A DNA stretch of 63,097 nucleotides, filler included, from Lenisia limosa (GCA_001655205.1; 15 parts of 15 records of this genome joined end to end with filler, not necessarily neighbours in it); one strand, 5' to 3'. Shown: positions 11,568-23,741, numbered from the whole stretch's first letter. Translations and numbers: made by a program. The notes: generated from the letters alone by a model not told the origin.

Positions 11568-11659
11568 AACGGAATCCAAGCATTCCCTCTTTGCCTTGAG
11601 CTCTTAGTCTCATAACGGAATCCAAGCATTCTCTCTTCGCCTTGAGCTGTTAGTCTCAT
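11568..11659. repeat. ~46-bp tandem duplication; a ~31-bp x4 degenerate array follows at ~12077-12190
   Basis: AACGGAATCCAAGCATT..GCCTTGAGCT.TTAGTCTCAT x2; GCTCTAATAAAGAC-like x4. Confidence 0.8.
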
Positions 11660-12432
11660 TTCTTCAGCTTCCATGTCACAGCATTCTTTACGGCCACAAA
11701 TATGCTTTTAGTATCACTACTGCACATGGACTTGGGACTCCCTTGTAATATTTGGCAATCCCATAAATTTCCATCAAATTCCATGGTATTCCCAAGTTTT
11801 TCTTACAAGAATTCCAAGTCGATGCGCAAACCGAAAAAAGGTCGGTTCGGTTTTGGTCATAACGAAACTACACTCAATACTTTCTATAGTAACACAGGCG
11901 GCGAAGCCGGCTGTGAACCTCAGGTCAGTTCAGAGTGCAAAATGGAAGGTCCTCTAACTTTCATCTTTCCTCTCGATTAATGTGGATTCAAGAAAACCAG
12001 AGCCCAATTTATAATGGACACAGCAATATATAATCAAATACATAGCAGAGGTACAGACGACTCGCTTCTGACGATCAGGCTCTAATAAAGACCTAAATTA
12101 TAAGGATTTTGCTCTAATAAAGACTTAAATTTTAGGACCAAGCTCTAGTGAAAATGAGATGTAAGGATCAAGCTCTAATGAAGATCTAAAGTGATCGGAA
12201 TAAAATCCTCGAAAACTATCAATATTTACTGGTTTGTTTCGAACCGAAGTGAATCCTTAATGGTACCCTCCCACTTGTGCATGGTGGTGGTTTGCAGAAG
12301 CACTACCTGTTGCACAACGATAGGAATGCACACCCCCACTGGTTGGGCCAATCTGCGGGAGGGGGAGTAAAATGAAGGAAGTTTTGATGAAGAATATTGG
12401 GGTAAAGGTACTCATCACGAACTGAATAATCT

Positions 12433-12532
12433 NNNNNNNNNNNNNNNNNNNNNNNNNNNNNNNNNNNNNNNNNNNNTTAATTAATTAANNNNNNNNNNNN
12501 NNNNNNNNNNNNNNNNNNNNNNNNNNNNNNNN
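12433..12532. other. Artificial scaffold-joining linker (N44-TTAATTAATTAA-N44, stops in all six frames); first of 14
   Basis: Identical 100-nt blocks with the 12-mer at 12477, 17279, 19207, 21754, 27209, 31000, 35962, 38635, 42413, 55114, 56311, 57970, 60513, 61993; genes are truncated at these points. Confidence 0.98.
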
Positions 12533-12628
12533 AAGCATAATCCCATTTAAAAGAGGTTGATTGGAACATCTTACGAGGCAATACTATATCACGAAAAACA
12601 ATATCATATCTACGAATAGCCAGCATAC

Positions 12629-15600
12629 AGAAGCATTTGGATAGCAGAGTGGAGGGCGCGGTTGAAGAGTCCCAAAACGTGACTGGCTTCAAGCTTCAAG
12701 TCCACCTGGGGAGTCAACAATCCCTAACTCGCCGATAATACTATCCAATAGCCCTAAAACTGAAAACTACTTTTTTTTTTTTTTTTTTCATCTTCAAAAC
12801 CAGTCTACTTTTATTTGGGAAAACTTGGTAAGTATGTAACTGTTTATAAATTGTGAATCAGAACCAATATTTTTAAAACAAAACCCCATAACAAAATGAG
12901 TAGAAATAAAAATAATAGAGAGCAAAGCAAACCTTCACTTCATCAACTGTTTTGTGTTGGAAACCGAGCGCAATGAAGATTGCAGCCTNNNNNNNNNNNN
13001 NNNNNNNNNNNNNNNNNNNNNNNNNNNNNNNNNNNNNNNNNNNNNNNNNNNNNNNNNNNNNNNNNNNNNNNNNATAAATACCTTTAAAGTAAACATGATA
13101 GATAATATGCACTATATGTATATCAGCGAAACTCCTCCCTATACCTGAGCGTAAGTGAGGTTGACCTTCAGTTTGCCTTGGAATATCCAGTGGGTGATGG
13201 CCGGAAGAAGATCAGTGATAAGCTGGGGGATAAATCGCCTCCAAAAACTCAAATAGAACACCAGTTGGCTGGAAATGTTCCTGATGCATTCCCATTAAAT
13301 GATTTATTTTTTACTACCCGTGGTAGAAATCCTTTTCCATTGAAACCGCAAACATGGTGGTCAACAAGGTTTTGAGTGTAGGCCTTCAAACGAAGTACGT
13401 CAGTCTTGCAAATGCGGAGTTTCATTTCAGCGCGGTTCAAGTCTGTGGGGTGANNNNNNNNNNNNNNNNNNNNNNNNNNNNNNNNNNNNNNNNNNNNNNN
13501 NNNNNNNNNNNNNNNNNNNNNNNNNNNNNNNNNNNNNNNNNNNNNNNNNNNNNNNNNNNNNNNNNNNNNNNNNNNNNNNNNNNNNNNNNNNNNNNNNNNN
13601 NNNNNNNNNNNNNNNNNNNNNNNNNNNNNNNNNNNNNNNNNNNTGACTTGAGGCAAGATAGAGAGAGCTAGTCCAGGGTTGAAGTGTCTACGTTATTAGT
13701 GTGAGATTTCAATTATGCATGGGTACTTAATCGCTTATCCCTATATCCATTTAACCTGAATTGCAAGTCGAAGAAATATTGAACAAAGAACAAGAACACA
13801 CGTCAGAAAAAAAAAATGGGGGGGGGGGGGCNNNNNNNNNNNNNNNNNNNNNNNNNNNNNNNNNNNNNNNNNNNNNNNNNNNNNNNNNNNNNNNNNNNNN
13901 NNNNNNNNNNNNNNNGGAATGGAAACGCTCCAACAATTCTGCCATATTCTCGGATGCCTGGAAAGTTAGAGGTTCATTCCATTACAATATCAATAATATG
14001 ATATAACATCACATGATATGAGAGATCAAGCTATTCTTTTACAATAACCCAAGCCTATATCATAAAATATAAATGGAGCCTACTTCATCATTGTGTGCAA
14101 GTGCTTTCATCATGATACAGCTATGTTCTCCAGTGAGTTCGTTCTGGGAGTAGTGAAACAGGAAAAAGAGACAATAACTTGAAACTAATATCAGTGGTTG
14201 GGCAGAATACCCCCCCCCCACGGGAGTTTGTCTAAGATAAACGGCCTTGAGTCCGGCCTTGGACCAGAAGGCATGCAGTCCCTGGGTCAAGCCGAAACTG
14301 GTGCCAACGTAGTCCAAACGTTCAGCTGGACGCTCGCTACAAGGGGGTAAATGGAATCAACTACCATACAGCACAAAACCAATAGGTTAATAGTTCCCAT
14401 TACCCACTCAAGTTTCAGAAGGAGAGGAGGAAGGTCGGTTCGAGGTTTGACTTCTTCATCTTGGAGCTAAACAGTCACCTCTGTGTGTACATGATACCGA
14501 GCATTCACATATTCAGGTTTGAAGAGGGGACTAAGTTCGCAGACCCCCCCCCCCCNNNNNNNNNNNNNNNNNNNNNNNNNNNNNNNNNNNNNNNNNNNNN
14601 NNNNNNNNNNNNNNNNNNNNNNNNNNNNNNNNNNNNNNNNNNNNNNNNNNNNNNNNNNNNNNNNNNNNNNNNNNNNNNNNNNNNNNNNNNNNNNNNNNNN
14701 NNNNNNNNNNNNNNNNNNNNNNNNNNNNNNNNNNNNNNNNNNNNNNNNNNNNNNNNNNNNNNNNNNNNNNNNNNNNNNNNNNNNNNNNNNNNNNNNNNNN
14801 NNNNNNNNNNNNNNNNNNNNNNNNNCCGAAACAATCATCTTTAGCAAGCCACATACCCCATCTTCTGGAACTCAGGATGGCTGGCGATACGCACCACACG
14901 CGCACCACTCAAGCTCGCGAAATCATGGTCTTGGAACTGATGGGAAGTCAAATATGGCGATGAAGAGGAAAAATAATCTTGGCTACTAATTTGGTTTCAA
15001 TAAAAAAAAGGGTCATAGTTTTGCGGTTCTTCTGGTTCTGAGGCTTAATGCCCTTTCACCTGCTGGGACACGGTCCAGGGAATAAGGTCACCAGAGGCTC
15101 TCACACCGCGTGACAGACTATCCAGCACGGACTGACGGCAAATACGCCCTTCAAAGGCAATCTGGGGGGGGGGGGNNNNNNNNNNNNNNNNNNNNNNNNN
15201 NNNNNNNNNNNNNNNNNNNNNNNNNNNNNNNNNNNNNNNNNNNNNNNNNNNNNNNNNNNNNNNNNNNNNNNNNAAGTTCTTGCAAAAAAGCGGTTGCCTG
15301 GCAACCTGAATGACGGAAAGAACTTCAGGAAGATCATCAGACTCAGGGTCCAAAGGGCCAAGAAGAACGAACTGTAAAATAATAAGATCTTTATGTGCAA
15401 AACTAAAAAAATGATGAGTTTTTCTTATGCTGAGCTATGATTAACTTCCGACCCATACCCCAAACAGATAGAGGAAAAGCAAAAGGTGAAATCCCCTCCC
15501 CCCCACAAGATGATGACCAGGAGCATCTGACAGAAGTTGCAGATCATTTGGTGTGTTTTTGTAATGGGATGACACGTATAGGGCCACAACTCTCTGGAGA

Positions 15601-17234
15601 AAATTCTCGGTTGCCTACTTTGGTAAGCCCAATCACTGTTGTAACGAAGACCGATAGCCAAAGTGTAAACCGAAGTCAATGTGACTGTTTGCTTAAAAAA
15701 AAACAATACTCTGCTCATCTCAAATCGCTTTATGCATCTATACGTATGCATGTGTTTTCCCAAGACCGCATACTTTGTGGTACGAGAAGAGTGTGTCACG
15801 AGAAACGTAATACAACTCGCAGTCTCTCGGAATGGGGGCTCTCTATTTTGGTCAAAAAGAGGACTAGGTCATTTCCCTTTCAAAGAGATGATTTTCCTTC
15901 CAACCTTTTGAATATGATAGTTTTCAAACACACCAACCTGGGTTTTGGGCTTGACATTAGCAACATCAAGGCAGAGCAGGTTGTTGAGCCATTTCTCAAT
16001 AGGATCTCCAGTCGCGTATCTGGGGATGTCACAGCATGCACTAATTTGCACTTCACTCCTCACGAGAGGATTTTAATTTCTCATTAAGACCGAAAAGGAC
16101 TTTGGGAAGCCGAGGCAATAAGCAAACCTGATGGGTTCAGACATGGACACTTCGGACAGACGGCGTCCGTTGTCTGAAGTTGAGGAGTTCTGGCGCAAGT
16201 TACTTATGAGCTTGAGGGACAGGGACCTGCCGGTACCTTCATAGCTAAGGTGGTGAGCAATTGTACACACATACACAGGGAAAAAATATCCACTCAAAAA
16301 GACTCAGATCAAAAATAACGGTCCCACTCATATGAACAATATGTAACTGGTCTGTTCCAACCCGCAAGTAGAATATAACACAACATTACCCCCTCTCTCT
16401 CTCTCTCTCTCTCTCTCCTCCCCACCCATTAATAGTGGAAGACATGAAGACAAGGTAGGGCCCCAGAAGCTTCTTCACAAGGGGGAGAGGGATGGCAGCA
16501 GCCTCATCAATAACCTGTGGGGGTAAATGGGAATGTTGAAATCAACTCTTGAGCTCAAAAAAAATGATGTCACCAGACTAAGAAAGAGATTAAAAGCTCG
16601 ATTTGAGAGTGGGGTAATAGATCATTCAAAGAAAGGCGCTCACCAAAAGCTCAGCCTGGCTCAAAAGAGAGTGATCGTCCGGTGAGATGTACTGAATAGT
16701 TTGGCGATGTTGGCGGAAGATGTTGACGCGAACAATACACCCGGCAAGTTCAGGGTTGGAAGACTCCACAAGCTCATAGTCAACATGCTGGGGGGGGGGG
16801 GGNNNNNNNNNNNNNNNNNNNNNNNNNNNNNNNNNNNNNNNNNNNNNNNNNNNNNNNNNNNNNNNNNNNNNNNNNNNNNNNNNNNNNNNNNNNNNNNNNN
16901 NNNNNNNNNNNNNNNTCATTTATTATTATTTAAAAGATGTTTTTTGTCAAGGGTAATTAGAGGGGACCAGCAGTACACAATACATACCTCCTCGAAACCA
17001 AGAGCGTCGAAACCTTTGAAGATGAACTGGAAGAGGGTCTTGAGATTCTCAGGCGAAGGAGAGGTCACAAAGATGTTGCTATAGCCGTATGCAATAGCAC
17101 CTAGTGCGATAAAAAGAATAAGAGTTGTCACTTGGAGGATAGGGGAGACTCTCTGCCCTCCTTTTTACACTACATATAACGAACCCCCCCAACCGGCCAT
17201 TGACAGGCCCATGGCGGCAGACTTTCCTCGTCCT
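12629..17234 (-). CDS. NAT10: RNA cytidine acetyltransferase NAT10/KRE33 (multi-exon, partial)
   Basis: Exons give GRGKSAAMGLSMA|GAIAYGYSNIFVTSPSPENLKTLFQF (16988-17100), IVRVNIFRQHRQTIQY..LSQAELL|VIDEAAAIPLPLVKKLLGPYLVFMSSTING|YEGTGRSLSLKLI, DPIEKWLNNLLCLD, CELYYVSRDTLFSYHK, ALYVSSHYKNTPNDLQLLSDAP, RASGDLIPWTVSQQ|FQDHDFASLSGARVVRIASHP, LDYVGTSFGLT..VYLRQT, NELTGEHSCIM, LGFQHKTVDE. Confidence 0.97.
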
Positions 17235-17554
17235 NNNNNNNNNNNNNNNNNNNNNNNNNNNNNNNNNNNNNNNNNNNNTTAATTAATTAANNNNNNNNNN
17301 NNNNNNNNNNNNNNNNNNNNNNNNNNNNNNNNNNTCACGCTTATAAGAGATATTGGATTACAGTGTAATATTAATTCACCCAATCATTACAACTCTGTAC
17401 ACACAGCTTTCTGCATGCCTCCCCAGCATACGCTATGTCTTTGGAAAACCAAAATAAAGGGGGCAAAAAACAATAAAAATAAAATAAAAAAAAAACTGTA
17501 ACAAATCAAAACAAGCATACAAACCAAACAAAAAATAAAACAAGTAACAAACCC

Positions 17555-18790
17555 CAAATAACCTGAGGTCAGCGTCTAGGACAAGAACCGGCAAATGGAC
17601 ATGTTGCAGAATGGTGACGGCCATATTCAGCTGATCTGCTACAACGCCACACTAAATATTGAGAACTCGAAAAAAGACTAAACACTATCGATCGATATTT
17701 GACTGGTCATTTTCGAACCGAAGTGAAGCTGTACTAGGGTGTTTTGATGTGAAATCAAGTTTTGTTTTTTACAATTCAGATATTTACAAACATTCCGCTA
17801 TTCTTTCACAACCCCACACTAAAACGCTGAGATCTCAAGGGCGCTTTGACTTGGGTTTCTTGTGAAAACGTTGGGGATTTCCATATTTTACACGGGCATC
17901 CCATGGAATTTTATGGCAATTCGAAGAAATTTATAGGATTCCCAAATAATACAAGACAATCCCAAGTCGATCGCCGATATTAATCTGCCCAGATGAAAGA
18001 TATCATTGCCAACTCGGAGTCCATTCGTTATAGATTCAGTCTAAAAGTATGTTCTTCAGTGATTGCGACGTCCTCCCCATTTCCCCCGTACGGTAAGGGT
18101 CTTTGCGTCTTCAAGCGAAGCGTCGGTCATAGAGCCAGACTCAAGATACACCCTCAGACGGGGCACTTTTTCAATAATCTGAAAATCGTAAGATAATATT
18201 AAAAAAGATGTCGTGCAATTGATTAAAAAAAATTGCAAAAAAATGAAATGTGACATATTGTAATGGGAACTCCATTTCAGACACTTTAATTTCAAACTTT
18301 GTCAATCAATTTCTTTAAAAAATTTGGTAAGATAATATTAAATCAAACACAATTCACTTCAACATAGTTCTCCTCTGTATTACTAGCGGCAACAAATGCA
18401 CTAAAAGCAAGATGTGAAAGCCCCCTCTCAAAAAAAAAAGAATTGCTTCATAATTAGGACTTCTCTACGGTCCCAAAAAAGACCGAATTTTTCGATAAAT
18501 CCTCGATAAATCTTCGATAAATATCGATACATGACCGGTCTTTATCGGACCGTAGGGAGGCTCTATTCACAATATATTGAACCGAAGTGAAACCCAATGT
18601 ATGTCACGTCACGATTCAGGTAATTTTTTAATGGTATCCCTGTATTTATTTTTCTCTTCTTCAAAAAAAAAACAAAAATAATGCTTCATCAATACCCCCC
18701 CCCCCACGGAAACGGGGATGAGCAGCAGGAGGGATGCGGTCCCCTTTCCGCCTTCTACCAATTGCTGGACCATTGGGGCCAAGAAAAACA
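17555..18790 (-). CDS. Exon fragments of an unidentified protein (possible PAS-like segment)
   Basis: GC-richer open segments ADQLNMAVTILQHVHLPVLVLDADLR (17555-17640), RLRVYLESGSMTDASLEDAKTLT (~18075-18160), APMVQQLVEGGKGTASLLLLIPVS (~18705-18780), each followed by a GT donor. PAS resemblance is weak. Confidence 0.4.
18455..18565. mobile_element. Family A MITE with 8-bp TSD
   Basis: TAGGACTTCTCTACGGTCCC...GGACCGTAGGGAGGCTCTA; flanks ttcataat / ttcacaat (7/8). Confidence 0.85.
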
Positions 18791-19273
18791 CTATAAAATA
18801 TGAGACAACGTTTGAAAAACACTGAAAAGTCAGANNNNNNNNNNNNNNNNNNNNNNNNNNNNNNNNNNNNNNNNNNNNNNNNNNNNNNNNNNNNNNNNNN
18901 NNNNNNNNNNNNNNNNNNNNNNNNNNNNNNNNNNNNNNNNNNNNNNNNNNNNNNNNNNNNNNNNNNNNNNNNNNNNNNNNNNNNNNNNNNCCGTCCACGT
19001 CATCACGCTTATCAGAGATATTGGATTATATAATAATAATTCACCCAATCATTTGCCGTACAACAACTCCTACAACTCCGAATACACATCCCCAGCATCA
19101 CGTTTATATACTACCATAGATCAAATCAACTATATCCCGAGTGATTCATCATACAACTGAGANNNNNNNNNNNNNNNNNNNNNNNNNNNNNNNNNNNNNN
19201 NNNNNNTTAATTAATTAANNNNNNNNNNNNNNNNNNNNNNNNNNNNNNNNNNNNNNNNNNNNATCACCCCCAG

Positions 19274-19548
19274 GCCTTCGCGGATAGTCTCGGAATGGCG
19301 TATGTTGAGGCCTCGGCCAAAACCGGTAGCTCGGTAGCCGAAGCGTTCATTACCAACACCAAGACCATGATGAGGTGGGCAGTAGAGCAATGATGATGAT
19401 GATGATGTGCGTGCAGTTACTGAAATATTTTGAATGGTTCTCTTCTCACCATCGTAGCCACAGTCCCATCAACGACCTTCCTCGCCGGCAGCTCCCTGAC
19501 ACCACCCCCGTCGTAAGGAACAAATGGGGCTGGTGCTCAATCCTCTGA
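19274..19548 (+). CDS. Rab-like small GTPase, C-terminal two exons, ending in the CaaX box CSIL
   Basis: 19274-19374 AFADSLGMAYVEASAKTGSSVAEAF (G5 motif); 19458-19548 ...VRNKWGWCSIL-TGA. Confidence 0.85.
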
Positions 19549-20104
19549 TCAAATGATCTTGTTATCTGTGTTTCGTGGTAGGGTCTGTATATGTGGCCTT
19601 TTTTTTATGTTTTTGTTTCGTGGGTTGTTTATTTTGGAAATTGACACCCTCCTTTCTTTGATATGGATGATTATTTATTTTTACAAATGGAAAATTTTAC
19701 AGTTGTCTGATACTATTTCTGCATACTAGTAACTTTCTCAAAGTAGGGAATGTACCATAAGAAATACTGTCCAATTGTATCCTCCTAAATGTACCTCCCG
19801 GACTCAAAATTGTAGTGGCAGTATGCCCCAGTCTCACCAGAACACCTCTTAACCCCGAATAAATAGGGTGGAAGCAGAAATCGCTTGACATTTTTCGGGT
19901 AACGAATGTTTCAAATTCAAAAATTGGTCACTTGGTAACTTGGTACTTGGCACCTGTACCAATTTCTTGCCAAATAGAAAATAATGAAGGTAGTATGTAT
20001 GGAAAAGTGGTGCAGACTTCTTTCTGTCGGTTTAAGGGATTTTGGACTGTATGTATGAGTAGAGAGACTCCCAGAACTTCAACAGAAGCCTAAAAAAGAG
20101 CGGG

Positions 20105-20112
20105 AAAAAAAA
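20105..20112 (-). terminator. Pol III oligo-T terminator of tRNA-Tyr
   Basis: T8 run 1 nt downstream of the discriminator on the minus strand. Confidence 0.8.
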
Positions 20113-20113
20113 T

Positions 20114-20201
20114 TCCGTCGAACCAGAATCGAACTGGTGACCTGCGGATTTCCGTATTGTAATTCTACAGTCCGATGCTCTACCAACTGAGCTACCGACG
20201 G
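20114..20201 (-). tRNA. trnY-GTA: tRNA-Tyr(GTA) with a 15-nt canonical intron (20150-20164)
   Basis: CCGTCGG acceptor pairs with TCGACGG, A73; D arm GCTC-AGTTGGTA-GAGC; anticodon loop CTGTAG|A; T arm ACCAG-TTCGATT-CTGGT; C1-G72 typical of eukaryotic Tyr. Confidence 0.96.
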
Positions 20202-20418
20202 CGATGCTTAGAGAGTTGTAAATAAGTTTTTGATACTAGCCCGTATTTATGTTGGGCATAAAACTTTCAAATTATTTAAGTATTTTTGAAAATTTCATCA
20301 ATATCATTACAGATTGCATTTGTGATTAGTGAAGAGTGTGTGAAGTTGAAGGAAATAAGCAAAGAAACGTATTTCAAGTCATATATGTAATTGTTTCCTC
20401 ACTTTCGACACACACACA

Positions 20419-21619
20419 ATGGAAGACGACCTGTTTTTCGCCAGGGACTCTCCCACTTCGAGAGTTAGATCTGAAACTATCAATATCACGAGGCTTCCTT
20501 CCCAGAAAAAGGTCGAATGCCTTTCTTTGTCTTCCGTAAGAGATGCCTGTGAAGCAATTAAGGGCTCAATGCCTAGTCCTGAAGAAGCTGAAGGTAATTT
20601 TTCCGGTCCTGTAAACCTTCTGTCTTACTGCTCAGAGCTTGACCGTATTTTCCTTCTCAAGGAGAAACTAGTTGCTGAAATCCGTCGTAACCATGATTTG
20701 AGCATTGTTGTTGAAGATTTGGATAACAAAATTGCACTTCTCGTGAAGAATCGAATTTCCTTGCAGGTTTGCTTGGAATTGCAGCTTGCCTCCCCCCCTT
20801 CTTGCAACTTTTGACACAAAAATGAATCAATAAGCAGTAGTTGCAGATTTAACTCTTCAGGAGGTGATCTCTGCGGTTCCAAAGCAGACGAAATCTTCCT
20901 CAGATGAAGGAGAAGGCAGCAAGATCGACACGGCCGTCTGGGCTCCATTCTTACACACCCTCAGAACTAACCCGGAATTTCTCGCTCGCACGGCTTTCAC
21001 AATTGAGTATGATGGTTTTCAGTCTTCCGTCATTTGTTTCTCATTCCGCCGGTTTATAAGGGTCGGTCCACTCGGCTGCACCATGTAGGGACTGGAAAGC
21101 AAGGGGGTTTTCACATCATTGGGAAGAAGGGTCTCATGCTATTTTTTTTTCTCTTGAAAGTGGGTTGCATGCTCATCTTCTGAAAGGTGGTACAACCCAA
21201 TCTCATTTTTTCCTGACGGAGGAATTGTGGGACTAGGTGCAATTGATTTGGAAATTAATTTAAAGTGAATGGGACAAATTGTAGCGAGAACTATTTCAGA
21301 CTCTTAATAACAAAAAAACTATTTTTATTTATTGAATATTTGATAGATTGGCTGAGGGGTAAAAATAGAATTTACAGAATACTGAAATATTGACAGTTCA
21401 AAAAAGACATAAAAGAAACATATTTCTTATCAAGAGTCTAGGAAATTGTTTTTTCTTTGAACAGAAGGGAAACCCCAGAGACAGCTCTGATTGTACCACC
21501 TGGTTTATTCATTTTCCAGGCCCAAGGACTTCGACCCATTCTTGCGGTTTGTCATGCTTTCATTGTGGGGTGATCAGACGTCCAAAACAGACGAATTCTT
21601 CTCTCTCGTTTTCTTACAA
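20419..21619 (+). CDS. IQGAP/GAP1-type RasGAP, N-terminal exons (partial)
   Basis: 20419-20766 ..LKEKLVAEIRRNHDLSIVVEDLDNKIALLVKNRISLQ|EV; 20861-21006 FLHTLRTNPEFLAR; 21520-21619 FVMLSLWGDQTSKTDEFF. Matches the pre-GRD signature (IRxN..LD.KIALLVKNRI) of the IQGAP/S. pombe Gap1/Dictyostelium RgaA family. Confidence 0.85.
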
Positions 21620-21964
21620 GTATGCTGGGGCTTGCTGTGTTCTTTCAAGTAAATTTCTTTCGTTTTACCCCCCAATGGGATGCGGTGCTGCAGAAGCGAC
21701 TGGCCTTTGNNNNNNNNNNNNNNNNNNNNNNNNNNNNNNNNNNNNNNNNNNNNTTAATTAATTAANNNNNNNNNNNNNNNNNNNNNNNNNNNNNNNNNNN
21801 NNNNNNNNNATGATTGATAGTAGTGGTAGTATGCTACTCAGTTTACTGTCAATGAACATCAATAACCATAGGAGTAATATGGAGAACTATGAAAAATCAC
21901 ACCCATTTAATATATATATTTATATAATCGTGACAATACATTGTACTTTGAACTGATTATTCAG

Positions 21965-22135
21965 ATGGAAGCACGGTGGCGTCATATTTGGTAAGCCCAA
22001 CATTGATGGATGGATCAGAGATCACAACCACTGCCTCCTCAAGACCGCCTCCACGCTCCACTTAGCGTACATTCCCTCGGCCACCAAAGCCCTCGCTGAT
22101 GCGCCAGTCGAGAAGGCATTTCCGACTCCGAAGGC
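21965..22135 (+). CDS. Isolated probable exon, unknown protein
   Basis: AG acceptor at ~21964; ~57 open GC-rich codons (WKHGGVIFGKPNIDGWIRDHNHCLLKT...). Confidence 0.4.
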
Positions 22136-22139
22136 TGTG

Positions 22140-22385
22140 TTTTTGGACCGTAAATAGAGAGCTTAGGGACTTAATTTGGTTTTGACCCGATAATATGTNN
22201 NNNNNNNNNNNNNNNNNNNNNNNNNNNNNNNNNNNNNNNNNNNNNNNNNNNNNNNNNNNNNNNNNNNNNNNNNNNNNNNNNNNNNNNNNNNNNNNNNNNN
22301 NNNNNNNNNNNNNNNNNNNNNNNNNNNNNNNNNNNNNNNNNNNNNCATGTCCAGGAATTTTGAACGATGTCCGGAGCTTTGACTA
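22140..22385. mobile_element. Family F element, partial third copy
   Basis: GACCGTAAATAGAGAGCTTAGGGACTTAATTTGGTTTTGAC and the ..TCCGGAGCTTTGACTA|TA end are shared with 45166-45834. Confidence 0.8.
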
Positions 22386-23741
22386 TACATATATATATTA
22401 TATCATACTATGCATATTATATAGGTTGGTGTTTAAAACCGCGAACATGATTAAAACCGCGAACACATAAAACTTCAGAATAAAAATGGGGCCAAATGAA
22501 TGAGCTTCTTTGAAATTCTAATTTTTCTATTATTATTCACTTATCTTTAGATGCTGGATTGTGATGAGCTTCCTCATCACAATATCTATAATGTAATAAA
22601 CCGTCTACTTCAATTACAAGGACGACCTACTGAGTTTGGTCATAATACTGAGAGTACTTCACAACCGACTGCTTATTCGCTCACTGTTTGCTGTTGCTTC
22701 TTGTTATACTTTGTAACAATACTATCACTTAGGTCATTTTCACATCTTTTTCACATTATGATAGTCGAAAGGCAAACATCAGTTATGTTCTGATCCTCGT
22801 GTTTTCTTCTGAAGCTTGAACAACACAATTGCTTTTCTATTGTTCCAAAAGGAGTTTTTACTGTTTTGAGAAAAAGTTAAATCGTTTTATAAAAAACATT
22901 CTTTTCAGTTACCACTATATCATTAATAAAAAATTGGTGACTCAGAGAAGAATTTCTGATTAAATCACAACTATCAGACTTAATAAATCATATCGTATTG
23001 TATATGCTCGCAGTCCTAAATTAGGTTATTAATTGATTAATTAGGTCATTAATTGTTATTTTGAGTTTTAAAGCCGGAGAAACCAATTTTTAGTCCACTT
23101 TTCATACCACATTCAAATTCTGGGTAGTTTGAGTTTTTTAAGAATTTATTTTTTTCACGCATAACCTTCGGAAGAATTATATGTATTTTTCCGACTAAAA
23201 AAGTTAGGGGCCATTCTAAACGACTCAAGTAAATTTAGTGGAATCCAACGCTAAACAAGCAAGTTGCAGATAAAAATCAACATTTTCCTGTAAAAATTTC
23301 TGTCACTATCCAAAGGACTTGCCTTATATGGGAAAACAGCGGAAAATTCCAAAAATCTGTAATTTATTAACATCTTTGACAGGTTTCGACTTTCGAGAGN
23401 NNNNNNNNNNNNNNNNNNNNNNNNNNNNNNNNNNNNNNNNNNNNNNNNNNNNNNNNNNNNNNNNNNNNNNNNNNNNNNNNNNNNNNNNNNNNNNNNNNNN
23501 NNNNNNNNNNNNNNNNNNNNNNNNNNNNNNNNNNNNNNNNNNNNNNNNNNNNNNNNNNNNNNNNNNNNNNNNNNNNNNNNTCTGTTTTTAACATTCTTAA
23601 GCGTTCATTTATACCTATTTTCAATTCAAAATAAGTTCTCTCCCAGTCAGCACCACTTATTTTTTGTGTATTTGAAAATGAATTGAATCCTAATTCAAAG
23701 ATATATGAGAAGACAAAGAACATTACATAGAACAAAACACA

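Noticed and set aside
10700-12350. Small AG/GT-bounded open segments after the cyclase
   Set aside because: Too short and not assemblable into a consistent frame or recognisable family.
12477-12488. Palindromic TTAATTAATTAA recurring 14 times as a biological motif
   Set aside because: Always centred in exactly 44+44 Ns; it is a six-frame-stop concatenation linker.
15437-16087. 216-aa plus-strand ORF, the longest in the track
   Set aside because: Antisense to NAT10 exons and introns; no recognisable motif.
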